A DNA stretch of 64,000 bases from an uncultured Actinomycetes bacterium (GTDB lineage Bacteria; Actinomycetota; Thermoleophilia; RBG-16-64-13): NCBI GenBank assembly GCA_963841735.1, contig CAWJDT010000007.1, forward strand, positions 24,499-88,498, in the 5' to 3' direction. How positions within the stretch are numbered: the first letter of the stretch is position 1; each line of letters begins with the position of its first letter. Under the pieces are notes generated by a model. The model saw only the letters and a list, made by a program, of their open reading frames with translations, was not told where the DNA came from and searched no databases. The position numbers were made by a program, and so were the translations under genes. Positions 21,598-31,933 of this stretch are shown piece after piece.

Positions 21598-22665
21598 ATG
21601 CGTGCGGTCGGCAGAGGAGACAAAGGCAAGAGAGTGGTCGATATCCAGACGCGCCTGGCTGCCCTGGGGTATGAACTGGGACACGAGGGCGCCGATGGGT
21701 TTTTCGGACCACATACCGAAGCCGCCATCCGGGCTTTTCAACAGCAGCGATTGCTCTTTTTCGACGGTGTCGTCGAAGATAACACTTGGACCGAGCTGGT
21801 AGAGGCCGGGTACAAGCCGGGCGAACGGTTGTTATATCTGCGGGTGCCCTATATGCGCGGCGACGATGTCCTGTTCCTACAGCGAAGGCTCGACGACTTA
21901 GGCTTCGATTGTGGAGCGGTGGACGGAGTCTTTTGTCCGGCGCTTGAAGTCGCGGTCACCGAATTCCAGCGCAACACCGGACTGACTGTCGATGGCATCG
22001 TCGGCGAAACCACGCTCGATCGACTAAGGCTGCTGCACAAGGTGGGCGACGACAAGCGTCCGGTGAATATTCCGGATCGCATGAACGGCTATGTAGGCAA
22101 GCGGACTCTGTCAGGGCTCAGGGTCAGCATCGACCCAGCTCATGGCGGTTCCGATCTCGGGTGCGGTGAGTGCCGCGGCGTGTTCGAGAAAGACATCAAC
22201 CTGGCGCTGGCGAAACAGCTGGGCGAACTCCTGGAGAACTGCGGTGCCCTGGTGACCATGACGCGGGCTGCCGATGTAACGATGCCGCTCTACGAGAGGC
22301 TGGACTTGGCCAGCGGGTGGTCGCCCGATCTGTACGTCTGCCTGCACCAGAGTTGCCATGCCAATCCCAAGGCCCAGGGAGCAGCAGCGTATTATTTCGC
22401 CAACGCTTTCTACGAATCCAAAGCCGGCAAACGCCTGGCGGGCTACATAGTCGACGCGCTCAGCCGGGAGTTGGGCCGGGTCGACCTGCGCAAACACGGG
22501 CGCAACTACTCCTGCCTGCGCGAGGTGAAACCCCTAGCCGTGATGGTGGAAGCGGGCTACATGAGCCATCCGGAGGAGGGGCCAGTTCTCTTCGACCCGG
22601 AGGTCATCACCCGCGAAGCAGTCGCGATCAGGCATGGCATAGAGGCCTATCTCGCCCGGCTTTGA
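21598..22665 (+). CDS. cwlM: N-acetylmuramoyl-L-alanine amidase with two PG-binding domains (CwlM homologue)
   Basis: DG.FGP.TE.AIRAFQ, W.ELVEAGY..G.RLLYL..PYMRGDDV, FQRNTGL..DGIVG; Amidase_3 motifs DPAHGG, EKD, LHQ, VEAGY. Confidence 0.85.
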   Translation: MRAVGRGDKGKRVVDIQTRLAALGYELGHEGADGFFGPHTEAAIRAFQQQRLLFFDGVVEDNTWTELVEAGYKPGERLLYLRVPYMRGDDVLFLQRRLDDLGFDCGAVDGVFCPALEVAVTEFQRNTGLTVDGIVGETTLDRLRLLHKVGDDKRPVNIPDRMNGYVGKRTLSGLRVSIDPAHGGSDLGCGECRGVFEKDINLALAKQLGELLENCGALVTMTRAADVTMPLYERLDLASGWSPDLYVCLHQSCHANPKAQGAAAYYFANAFYESKAGKRLAGYIVDALSRELGRVDLRKHGRNYSCLREVKPLAVMVEAGYMSHPEEGPVLFDPEVITREAVAIRHGIEAYLARL

Positions 22666-22812
22666 GCGGTCATCCGCGGGGCTTTCGCCTGGGGTACGTT
22701 CCCCAGGAACGGCTCCGTGGAGGCCCGCGCGCCTTGGTCTGTGCGCGAGGAGGATGGTAGAGTGCATGGAATTCCCATATGGGCGGCAAGTAGCGGCTCT
22801 AAGCCGAGAAAC

Positions 22813-24030
22813 ATGAGGGAGGCACCGATAGACACCGGCAAGTCAGGCGGCATCGGGCGGCGTCTCAGCCTATTTACCATCATCTTCGCGGCTCTTGGCC
22901 TAGTGATAGGCCAGCTTGCGTGGGCCGATCCGGGCGCCATCACAGAGGCGCAACAGGAGGCTCAGACGCTGAAAGAGCGCGTAGACGCTCTGAGTAACGA
23001 ACTCGACTACGCAGTCGAGGAATACAACTACGCCATCGCTATGCTCAACGAGACCCAGACCGCCTCTGAGCACACTCAGGTCTTGCTGACCAAGGCAGAG
23101 GCCGATCTCGACGCGGCTGAAGGACAGCTGGTCGAAAGGCTTGTGGAGATCTACAAGGAAGGCCAGCTGGGCGCCCTCGATGCAGTGTTGGGGTCCGATT
23201 CGTTTAGTGATGTGGTGGATCGCCTCGACTGGTTGGAGCGCATGAGTGGGCAGGACGCTCAGATTGTGAGCGACGTCGAGGCCTATGCCGAGGAGAAGAG
23301 CGCGCGCGCGGACGAGTTGGCGCAGCAAATGGCAGATCAGCAGGCGTACGCGGCCGCGGCCGACACGGCCAGAGTCAACGTGGAGCAGATGCTGGCGGCC
23401 AACGAGGAGGCCTTGGCCGACAAGCAGGTCGAGATTGCTCAGTTGGTCAAAGAAGAGGAGGCACGTCAGGCGCGGCTCCTAGCGGAGGCCAAGAAGGCCC
23501 AGGAGGAGGCGGCGCGCAAGGCGGCGGCGCTGGCGGCGCTGCAGAAAGCCCAGCAGACCACGACCACCAAGAGGGTCACCACCACGACCATCAAGGCCAG
23601 TACCACCCGCACAACGCAGGCGGGTAGTACTACTGCCACCACGGCAGCGCCGGATCCCGGACCGGTTGATCTGCCGGACGCGGCCAACGCGGACGCGGTG
23701 GTCTCGGCAGCCCTGCAGTACCTGGGCTGTCCCTATGTGTGGGCTGGTTCCAGCCCGAGCGGTTTTGACTGCTCGGGGTTTGTGATGTATGTCTACAAGA
23801 AGGTGGGGATCTCTCTGCCGCATTCCAGCCGTATACAGGCTGGCTACGGAACGGCCGTCTCTCGCGCAGCTCTGCAGCCGGGCGACCTGATCTTCTTCTA
23901 CACGCCCATACACCATGTGGCCATCTACATCGGCAATGGCAAGATGGTGCACGCGGCCGGGGTGGGCAAGGGGGTGCGCATCGACGAGGTGTGGACCAAC
24001 AGCTACAACAGCGCCCGCCGCATACTCTAG
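22813..24030 (+). CDS. NlpC/P60 peptidoglycan endopeptidase with coiled coil (CwlO/PcsB/RipA-like)
   Basis: Signal peptide, long coiled coil, Thr-rich linker, LGCPYVWAG..PSGFDCSG, HVAIYIG.GKMVHA; start uncertain. Confidence 0.92.
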   Translation: MREAPIDTGKSGGIGRRLSLFTIIFAALGLVIGQLAWADPGAITEAQQEAQTLKERVDALSNELDYAVEEYNYAIAMLNETQTASEHTQVLLTKAEADLDAAEGQLVERLVEIYKEGQLGALDAVLGSDSFSDVVDRLDWLERMSGQDAQIVSDVEAYAEEKSARADELAQQMADQQAYAAAADTARVNVEQMLAANEEALADKQVEIAQLVKEEEARQARLLAEAKKAQEEAARKAAALAALQKAQQTTTTKRVTTTTIKASTTRTTQAGSTTATTAAPDPGPVDLPDAANADAVVSAALQYLGCPYVWAGSSPSGFDCSGFVMYVYKKVGISLPHSSRIQAGYGTAVSRAALQPGDLIFFYTPIHHVAIYIGNGKMVHAAGVGKGVRIDEVWTNSYNSARRIL

Positions 24031-24041
24031 GGCGGCTGGTG

Positions 24042-25063
24042 ATGGATACTCTCGCGGTCTACTATCATCCGCTCTTCGTCGAGCACGAGACGGGTGAGCA
24101 TCCCGAGAACAAGCAGCGGCTGATCGTCGCCAAGCAGGTTATTGAGGACAGCGGTATCGAGGTTGACTGGATCACCCCGGAACCGGCGCCGGTATCGGCA
24201 ATCGCCCGCATCCACGACCCGGCCTATATAGAGCGCGTCAGGCAGATGGCCGAGCAGGGCGGTGGTTGGCTGGACGCGGACACTGCCGTTTCGCCCCACT
24301 CCTATGATGCTGCTCTCCTGGCGGCCGGTGCGGGCATAATGGCGGTCGACCAGTGTCTAGCCTCCGGGCAGAACTCGTTCATGCTTGTGCGTCCCCCGGG
24401 ACATCATGCCTGCAGGGCTCGGGGCATGGGCTTCTGCCTCTTCAACAACATAGCCGTGGCCGCGAAGTACGCGTTGGAGCAGGCGGGTCTGGAGCGGGTG
24501 CTCATCGTTGACTGGGATGTCCATCACGGCAACGGCACTCAAGCTGCGTTCTACGACGATCCGCGGGTGCTGTTCTTCAGCATGCATCAGGCCGGTCACT
24601 ATCCAGGTACCGGCATGGCCGGAGAGGTGGGCAAGGGGGACGGCGAGGGCTTTACGGTCGATGTACCGCTGCAGCCGGGGTCCGGCGACGGCGCGGTCAA
24701 GCTGGCGTTTGAGTCGTTGCTGGCTCCGCTTGCCAGAGCATTCCGGCCGGAATTGGTGCTGGTGTCGGCAGGGTATGATCCGCAGAAGGGCGACCCCCTG
24801 GGTGATCTTGAGTTCTCACAGACGGCGTTCCAGTGGATGGCGGCCTTCCTGGCCGCTCTCTGCCGGGAGACCGGCGCGGCGGGTCCGCTGTGCTTCCTGG
24901 AGGGGGGTTACGCGCCCGAAATGGCCGCCCAGTCGATACTCGCGACGCTGCGGGGGATGCAGGGCGACATGCCGACTTTCGAGCCGATCGCCTCCGCCGA
25001 GGAGCGGGCGGACGTGCGCGAGGCTCTCGAGGAGGCCCGAACCATTGGAAAGGGGCCTTGTGA
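24042..25063 (+). CDS. Histone deacetylase-family protein (AcuC/AphA-like); probable frameshift near 3' end
   Basis: HPE..RL, RPPGHHA, GFCLFNNIA, DWDVHHGNGTQ, SAGYD, LEGGY. Confidence 0.92.
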
Positions 25064-25160
25064 TCGCGGATTCTCTCAAGTCGCGGGTGGTATTCCTCCG
25101 AAGAGTAGGGAGGGAATAGGCGGGAGCGCGACGCAGACCCATGGTGGTCTGGAGGGGTCG

Positions 25161-26267
25161 ATGAAGTCAGTAGACGATCTGCTACGGAGGGTGTGCCGAG
25201 ACCGGCGCCTCTGATCTGCACTCAAGGTCGGTAGTCCTCCCATGATCCGGGTGGACGGCGAGTTGATGAACTTGGAAGAGTCGGTCTGCAATCCCGACGA
25301 CACCAAGGACTACGCCGCCTCGCTCATGAGCGACAAGCAGATCCGGCGTTTCAGCGAGACCAACGAGATCGACTTCGCCTACAGCGCTGTCGACGTGGGG
25401 CGGTTCCGCGTCAACGTCTACCGTCAGCGGGGGGCCATCTCTATCGCCTTGCGCCGAGTGGTGACCCAGGTCCCCGACTTCACCGAGCTCAATGCTTCCC
25501 GCGATCGTTCAGAAGTTGGCTCTTGAGCCTCGCGGATTGGTGCTGGTCACCGGGACAACGGGCTCCGGCAAGACCACTACTCTGGCCGCCATGATCGATC
25601 ACATCAACCATAGCGTGCACAAGCACATCGTCACGATCGAGGATCCCATCGAGATCCTGCATCGCGATCAGAAATGCATGATCAACCAGCGTGAAGTGGG
25701 GCTGGACACCGAGAACTACAACACGGCGCTCAAGTACGTGCTGCGGCAAGACCCGGACATCATCTTCATCGGGGAGATGCGCGACCAGGAGACGGTGCGT
25801 ACGGCCTCTGACCGCCGCGCAGACCGGGCACTTCGTCATGAGCACGCTGCATACCATCGACGCGGCCGAGACAGTCAACCGCATCATCGACTTCTTTCCG
25901 CTGTATCAGCAGAAGCAGGTGCGGCTCATGCTGGCCGGCTCCCTACGCGGCATCGTCTCCCAACGGTTGCTGGTGCGCTCCGACGGCAAGGGCCGGGTGC
26001 CTGCCGTGGAAGTGATGATCATGACCGGGCGGATACGCGACATGATCCTCGACCCGGCTCAGACGCATCAGATAACCGCCGCCGTACAAGAGGGAGACTA
26101 CTACGGCATGCAGACGTTCGACCAGAGCCTGCATCGAACTCTATGAGAAGGGCCTCATCAATCTGGCGGACGCGCAGATGATCACCAGCAATCCGCATGA
26201 CTTCCGCTTGCTGGTGCAGTCCCGCGGACATCTGGTCGCGGGCGACGTCCCCCTCGGCGCGAAGTAG
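25161..26267 (+). CDS. pilT: PilT/PilU-family type IV pilus retraction ATPase; about 4 frameshifts
   Basis: ASDLHLKVGSPP, GRFRVNVYRQRG, GTTGSGKTTT, TIEDPIE, RQDPDII.IGEMRD, STLHT, GMQTFDQ. Confidence 0.9.
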
Positions 26268-26270
26268 GCT

Positions 26271-26720
26271 CTACTTCCTGGGGCGGGGCGCCTTGGCGGT
26301 ATCGCGGCCGCGTGCCTCACGGGACACGCGTAGATCACGGGTGATCACGTTGGGCTCTTTGGGCGGTTTGAAGCCGATGAGCCAGTTGATGAGTCCCGCC
26401 AGGATCGTCAAGAAGAGCGCGGTCACCAGCACCCAGTGGAACCCGGTGGCCGACAGGGGCGCATCCATCCACATGAACAGCTGTAGGACGAGGGCGTTGA
26501 TGATCACGGTGGCTACGGCGGTGCCCCAGGCCTGACCGGGTCTGGCGCGCATGCGGTGCAATGGACGGATGGTGCTGTTCAGCACCCCCAAGAACAGCGC
26601 CAAGAGGATCGCTACCCAAACGGCTCCGATGAAGAAGCGAGGCGCCAAAAGCGAATCCACCAGGTACATGGCCAGGTAGAAGGCCAAGGCGTTCGAGAAC
26701 CATCGCAGCAGGAATCTCAT
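26271..26720 (-). CDS. YvlD/DUF360-type membrane protein ('phage holin family', 4 TM)
   Basis: MRFLLRW..NALA, ALFLGVLNSTIRP, IINALVL, GFHWVLVTAL; SD GAGGA before ATG. Confidence 0.75.
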   Translation of the reverse strand: MRFLLRWFSNALAFYLAMYLVDSLLAPRFFIGAVWVAILLALFLGVLNSTIRPLHRMRARPGQAWGTAVATVIINALVLQLFMWMDAPLSATGFHWVLVTALFLTILAGLINWLIGFKPPKEPNVITRDLRVSREARGRDTAKAPRPRK

Positions 26721-28851
26721 GCGTTTTCCTCTTCGATCACCAGAGATGGCGCCCCCGGTCCTTGAGACCGAGTAGCGGGCCGCGAGCAGCCCGGCCGAGT
26801 TCTTGATCATCTGCCTGGTGGGCGCTGGAGACACCAGCACCGCGTCACCGAGGTAGCGGATGACTTCCTGGGCCACCCAACGCTCATCGAGATAGGGCAT
26901 CCTGACCTCCAGGTCTCCGTCGGGGAGGGGGGTGCATTCGGTGTCCTGCTCCTCAAGGTATGTGCGCCACCGGGGGTGGAAGCGCATGGTCGCCCAAGTA
27001 GCCACCTCGGTCGGACAGGTAGGGCTGACCCTGTCTGCGACGAGTCAGGTCGATCGTCCTTCCGGGGGACGAATCGGTCGGCGGATACGAGGGCGGCGCG
27101 GATGCGCTCTAGTTTGAACGTCCTCTGCTCTTGGGCCTTGAGGCAGTATGCCTCCAAGTACCAGCCATCCGGGGAGTGAAAGAGCAGGTACGGCTCCACC
27201 AAGCGCTCGCTGAGCTCCTGCCTGGAGGTGGTGTAGTACTCCAGCGACACCAGAGCGTGGTCGCGGATGGCTCGGTTCAATATCTCCACCATCTGAGGAT
27301 CGGGCGGTACGACGTCATCGACTATCACGGCTCCCTCGGCCCGGTCATTCCCGATCAGCAGGCGCACCTTCTCGACGTACCGAAGCGAGCGACTCCGCCC
27401 CTTCCAGGGCGAACGTGTCTCCCAGAAGATCAAGCGCCAGGAGTAGGGCGCGGGCGAGTACGGGGGAGAGCCGGGCGGGCTGGGAGAACGTATCGGCCAT
27501 GACCTCGCGGACCACCTCCACTCCCTCGGGTCCGGCCTCGGCGGTCAGGGTGTAGGTGCCGCCGCCGAAGTTCATGAGGTTGATCAGAGAGAGGTCCTCC
27601 TCCACCTCGGGCCGGGTGAGTCCCAGGTCGGTCTCAAACGCACGCCAGGGGATGGGGACGGAGCGTCGCGCGTCCACAAGGTAGTAGAGCAGGGTCATGG
27701 CCCGGGCGAGGTGCTCCGGGGCTATGGGACCGAGGTCTTCCTCGGAGGCGGCAGCGCCGCGGCGGGGGACGGGGGATGTGGCTCGGATACCGCTTGGGCG
27801 GAGACGGCGTCTCGGAATGGTCGGCGGGTCCGGAATGGTCGGCGATGACCTTGGCCAGCAGTCTCGGCGAGTCTGGCCCGCGCGCCTGGAGGCTCCAGCA
27901 GTTCGGCGCAGCCACCCAAGCCCGCCACCCAAGAGAGCAGCACCGACTCGTCGGCGTAGGGGACCGAGAACAGGGTACGGGCGTCGTCACTTTCCGCCAT
28001 TGCCCTCAAGGCCTGTACATGTGGTTCGAGTCTCTTGACCCACCAGGAGAGGTGTTCGTCCACTGCGATGACGGCCGTGCCGGCTGACTGCTCCGATGAG
28101 CCAGGGTGGCCGGGCTCGGTAGTTCTCGGGGTCGTAGTCGGCGGGTATGGAGAAGTCTCGACCCTTCTCGGTGAGAAAGCCGATCGCGCCTTGGATACGT
28201 CCCAGCCGAAAGGTGCGGATGGCGTCCCGTCGGTGGTCCCGGCCCACGATGTACCAATGACCTTGTATAACGAACAGGCTGTACGGGTCGAGCGTGCGCT
28301 TGAGTACGCCTTCTTTCTGAGAGGGATACGTGAAGCACACCGTCTTGCCCCGGACAACAGCGTCTTCGAGCCGGGAGAGACGGCGACCGGCTCTGCGGGC
28401 GTCCTCGTCGGGGGCCAAGGCGACCGGCAGACTGTCAAGCTCGGCACGAAGCGAGTCGTGCCGTCCGCCCAGGATCGCCGTCAGTGCCAAACGGAGAGGT
28501 CGAGCATAGGCGAACCTGCCGTGCAGGGCCAGTAAGGCGAGGGATAGGGCGCGCTGCTCGGCAGGGGAGAACTCTACGGCAGGTAGACGGAAATCTCCTT
28601 CGGACAGTAGGTAGAGCTGGGCCTCGTCCGCCCCGGTGGACTCCGTGCCGTCCAGAACCCGCACTTCGATACCCACCTTGGCCAGATCGGCTCGGTCCGC
28701 ATGGAAGCGGCGGGTGAAGGTGTCGTCACTCATCTCGGCAGTATCCCTCCACCGACTCCTGCACCTCCTGGGCCGTGAAAGGCCGTTGGCGGCTAAGGAG
28801 GAACGAGAGGAGGGACAGCTGTCGGATGAGTTTGTCCTCGTCGCGGCTCAT
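26717..28851 (-). CDS. pafBC: Fused PafB-PafC WYL transcriptional regulator (two wHTH-WYL-WCX modules); multiple frameshifts
   Basis: MSRDEDKLIRQLSLLSFLL, RRFHADRADL..VG; WYL1 RTLDPY...GHWYIVG.D..RDAIRTFRLGRI; second module DLSLINLMNFGGG, PARLSP; WYL2 RLVEPY...GWYLEAYC....RTFKLERI; WCX RYLGDAVLVSP. Confidence 0.85.
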
Positions 28852-28891
28852 GTCATAAGACTAGCGCACCCGGCGGGGAGCGGTCAGCGTC

Positions 28892-28913
28892 CGTCCGGGG
28901 TGGGCTCTACAAT
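28892..28913 (+). promoter_or_regulatory. Putative addB promoter with PafBC-type (-26/RecA-NDp-like) element
   Basis: CGTCCG-N10-TACAAT versus mycobacterial TGTCGG-N10-TANNNT; ATG 8 nt after the -10. Confidence 0.45.
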
Positions 28914-28921
28914 GAGTAGAT

Positions 28922-31900
28922 ATGAACACATCTCCCAAAAACGGAATCACGCTGATCTTGGGACCTGCGAACTCGGGCAAGATGGGGCGCGTGCTTGATT
29001 GGTGGCAGGAGCGACTGCCGCTGAGGCCGCTGGTGGTCCTGCCCACCGCGCCCGACGCTCTGCAGGCTTCGGCCGAGATGGCGCAGCGCGCGGGCGGGCT
29101 GGTGGGCCAGGATGCCGCGGTCACCTTCGACGGTCTGGTGCGTCAGGTACTGGGCCGCTCTCCCCGGTATGCCACCGATCTCGAGAGGACCCTCATCGTT
29201 TCTTGCCTGTTGCGGGACCTACCGGTTGGAGTGCTCGGAGGTAGCGAGCGGCTCCCGTCGCTGGCCCCCGCGCTCGCCGTGCTGCTGCAACAACTCAGCG
29301 ACAGCGGCAGAGCGCCGGAAGAGATCGAGGCGGTGCTCCGGCGCTGGGCATCGGTCGATCCTCACGCGGCCGTGCTGGCCTCCGAAATCTGTGAGCTGGC
29401 AGCCGCTTTCGCGGGCAAGTGTTCCGAACTCGGCTTGGCCGATCGCCCTCCGGCTCTTCGCGAAACGATGTCGGCGGCCTCCGGCTGGCAACGGCCGCTG
29501 GCTCTCTACGGTTTCACCTCGTTTACCGGTGGGCAGCGCAATCTGCTCGAGGCCCTGTCACGTTCGGTCGAGGTGTTGATCGCCTTCACGCACAGGCGCG
29601 AGCACAAGGTCGGTCTTATAAGGCCCGACGAGTTGGCTTGGTGGATGGCGCGTGCGGGCCGAGTGGTGGAGTCTGAGCCCGATGCGCTTTCGTACGCAGC
29701 TCCGGCGATCGCCTATCTGGAGAGATACGCCGCGAGCGACGGGCCTCGGCCTGGTCCACCCGCTGCCGGTTCTGCCCGAGAGGGAGTGTGCTTTGTACTG
29801 GCTTCCGGACGTCGGGCCGAGGCCGAAGCGGCCGCCGAGCGGATCGCGGAGCTGCTCAGAGCGGGGGTCCGGCCGGCCGACATCGGTGTGGTCGTCAGGC
29901 AGGTCCGTCAGTGGAGCAGTCTGCTGGGTGACGTCTTCGACTCTTGCGGAATCATCTACCACATGGATGATCGTTGCCTTCTCGGCGAGACCGGGCTCGG
30001 GCATGCCTTCCTTGGGGCCCTGAAGGGTGTGGTGTTCGATGACGACTCAGGCCTGTTCAGCTATCTACGCAGTCCTTACAGCGGTCTCGGCGCGCAAGAA
30101 GCCGCCGACCTTGAGCTGTTCTACCGGCGGCGGACCGCTCGGGGCGCGCGGGCGTTGGCGGGGGCCGCCGGAGAGGGCTGCCGCGAGTCGGTGCGCCGGC
30201 TCTGGGACCTGGTCCTCCCAGGTGCCGCAGACCCGGGGGGCGGCGTTGGCCCCGGCGGGGCGGGAGCTATGGGTTCTGCGAGGGCGGCTGGGTCGGTCAT
30301 CGACCCGGTCGAGGCTGCCGCCTTGGCCCAGCGCATGTTGGTGGCCGGTTCGATCGGCACCGAGCCGGACTCCGGGGAGCTACGTGAGGACGCTCGGGCG
30401 TTTCGTGCCATTCAGATCGCGTTGGAGACCATCGGAGTACTTGCCGCGGGTCGGGGTCCTGACGACGCGCTCGACTCCCGTCTGCTCTTGCGCGTGCTCG
30501 CAAAGGTGGTGGTGCCTTCCGTCGGAGGAGACTGCGGCGATGCGGTGCAGGTGCTCAGCGCCCAGCGGGCTCGGGCCCGCCGGTTCGAGGCGGTCCTGGT
30601 GCTGGGCTTGGTGGAAGGCGAGTTCCCCGGGCGGCCAGACACACCGTCGCTGCTCAGCTCTGCCCAACGGGCGCGGCTTGATCAGCTCGGAGATGGGCTT
30701 TTGGCGCCGGAGATCGACCAGGAAGAAGCCCTGTTCGTCAGTGCCGCGTCGCGGGCCCGGCGCCTTCTCTATCTGAGCGCGCGTGATGCCGAAGACGACG
30801 GTGGCGAGGCGGCGCCCTCGCGCTTCTGGCAGTCGGCGAAAAACCTCCTCGGGGTGGGCTCGGGCGAGCACGAGGTGCGTACCTTGGCTGAGTTGGTATT
30901 CGCCCCGTGCTTGGCTCCCTCCGCGCGGCACTACTTGCGGGGATGCGCGGCTTCTGGCGTGGCACTCGAAAGTCTCGGCCCGGATGTCAGACTGGATAGG
31001 CCGGTGCGCCCCTGGAAGACCGAGCCTCCGCGGCTGACCGACCCCACGGTGCTCGAAGAGCTGGCGTCTCTCGACTGCTTCAGTCCCTCTGCGCTCGAAT
31101 CATACTCAGGTTGCCCGTTTGCCTGGTTCGTCGAGCGCGTGGTGGGTGTTGACGACCTGGAGGTGAATCTGGATGCGCAAACGATGGGGGAGCTTCTGCA
31201 CTCCGCGCTCAGTGCTACGTACGCGGAGCTGGCCCAGCGGGGCCTTCTACCGCTACGGCCCGAAGGCCTGCCCGCGGCTGAGGGGGTGGCGATGGCAGCA
31301 ATCGACGAAGCTGTGCAGAGCGAGCGTTGCCCTGGCAGCCTAGCGCAGCGGCGTCTCGCGACGTGTAGGCTCAAGGGCATGGTGCGCGGCCTCCTTGCAC
31401 GGGAGTCAGGCTCCAATAGTGGGTTCACCCCTTCTGAGACCGAGACCTGGGTGGGCGGCCGGCAAGGGGTGGATATCGGCGGACTGCGCATCAGGGGGCG
31501 CATCGATCGGGTGGACGCCACGGCCGGGGGGGACACGGTGTTCGTCATTGACTACAAGAGCGGAAAGACCCCTTCCGCGAACGCTCTGGGCACGGAGGAG
31601 GCGCTCCAGCTCCCACTCTATCTCCGAGCACTCGCCGTGGAGAGGCCAAATGTGCGGGTGGCCGGCGGGGCGTACCTGTCGTTGGCCGAGGGCAAGCGCG
31701 TGGGGGTGGTGTCGGCCGGGTTCGAGGGGGTGCTGGGGGCGGGAGGCGAAGGGTGTCGGGTGTTGGACGAGGATGGTGCGGCCGAGCTATACGAAAGGAC
31801 TCTCGCTATAGCGCGCGTGGCGGCCGCGGGAATGCGCGCGGGCGAAATCGCGCCCCGGTTCGGCAGGCAATGTCCGCCGTGGTGCAGACTGGGCCCGGCC

Positions 31901-31933
31901 TGCCGGTCCGGCTCCGGAGGATACAGGCCATGA
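28922..31933 (+). CDS. addB: AddB/AdnA-like subunit: helicase-like domain plus PD-(D/E)XK nuclease with Fe-S cysteines
   Basis: GPANSGK, SPSALESYSGCPF.WF, RGRIDRVD, IDYKSG, QLPLY, CPPWC.....C. Confidence 0.85.
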   Translation: MNTSPKNGITLILGPANSGKMGRVLDWWQERLPLRPLVVLPTAPDALQASAEMAQRAGGLVGQDAAVTFDGLVRQVLGRSPRYATDLERTLIVSCLLRDLPVGVLGGSERLPSLAPALAVLLQQLSDSGRAPEEIEAVLRRWASVDPHAAVLASEICELAAAFAGKCSELGLADRPPALRETMSAASGWQRPLALYGFTSFTGGQRNLLEALSRSVEVLIAFTHRREHKVGLIRPDELAWWMARAGRVVESEPDALSYAAPAIAYLERYAASDGPRPGPPAAGSAREGVCFVLASGRRAEAEAAAERIAELLRAGVRPADIGVVVRQVRQWSSLLGDVFDSCGIIYHMDDRCLLGETGLGHAFLGALKGVVFDDDSGLFSYLRSPYSGLGAQEAADLELFYRRRTARGARALAGAAGEGCRESVRRLWDLVLPGAADPGGGVGPGGAGAMGSARAAGSVIDPVEAAALAQRMLVAGSIGTEPDSGELREDARAFRAIQIALETIGVLAAGRGPDDALDSRLLLRVLAKVVVPSVGGDCGDAVQVLSAQRARARRFEAVLVLGLVEGEFPGRPDTPSLLSSAQRARLDQLGDGLLAPEIDQEEALFVSAASRARRLLYLSARDAEDDGGEAAPSRFWQSAKNLLGVGSGEHEVRTLAELVFAPCLAPSARHYLRGCAASGVALESLGPDVRLDRPVRPWKTEPPRLTDPTVLEELASLDCFSPSALESYSGCPFAWFVERVVGVDDLEVNLDAQTMGELLHSALSATYAELAQRGLLPLRPEGLPAAEGVAMAAIDEAVQSERCPGSLAQRRLATCRLKGMVRGLLARESGSNSGFTPSETETWVGGRQGVDIGGLRIRGRIDRVDATAGGDTVFVIDYKSGKTPSANALGTEEALQLPLYLRALAVERPNVRVAGGAYLSLAEGKRVGVVSAGFEGVLGAGGEGCRVLDEDGAAELYERTLAIARVAAAGMRAGEIAPRFGRQCPPWCRLGPACRSGSGGYRP

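Noticed and set aside
26271-26720. Prophage suggested by a 'phage holin family' gene
   Set aside because: The YvlD/DUF360 family is commonly chromosomal; no phage structural, lysin or integrase genes nearby
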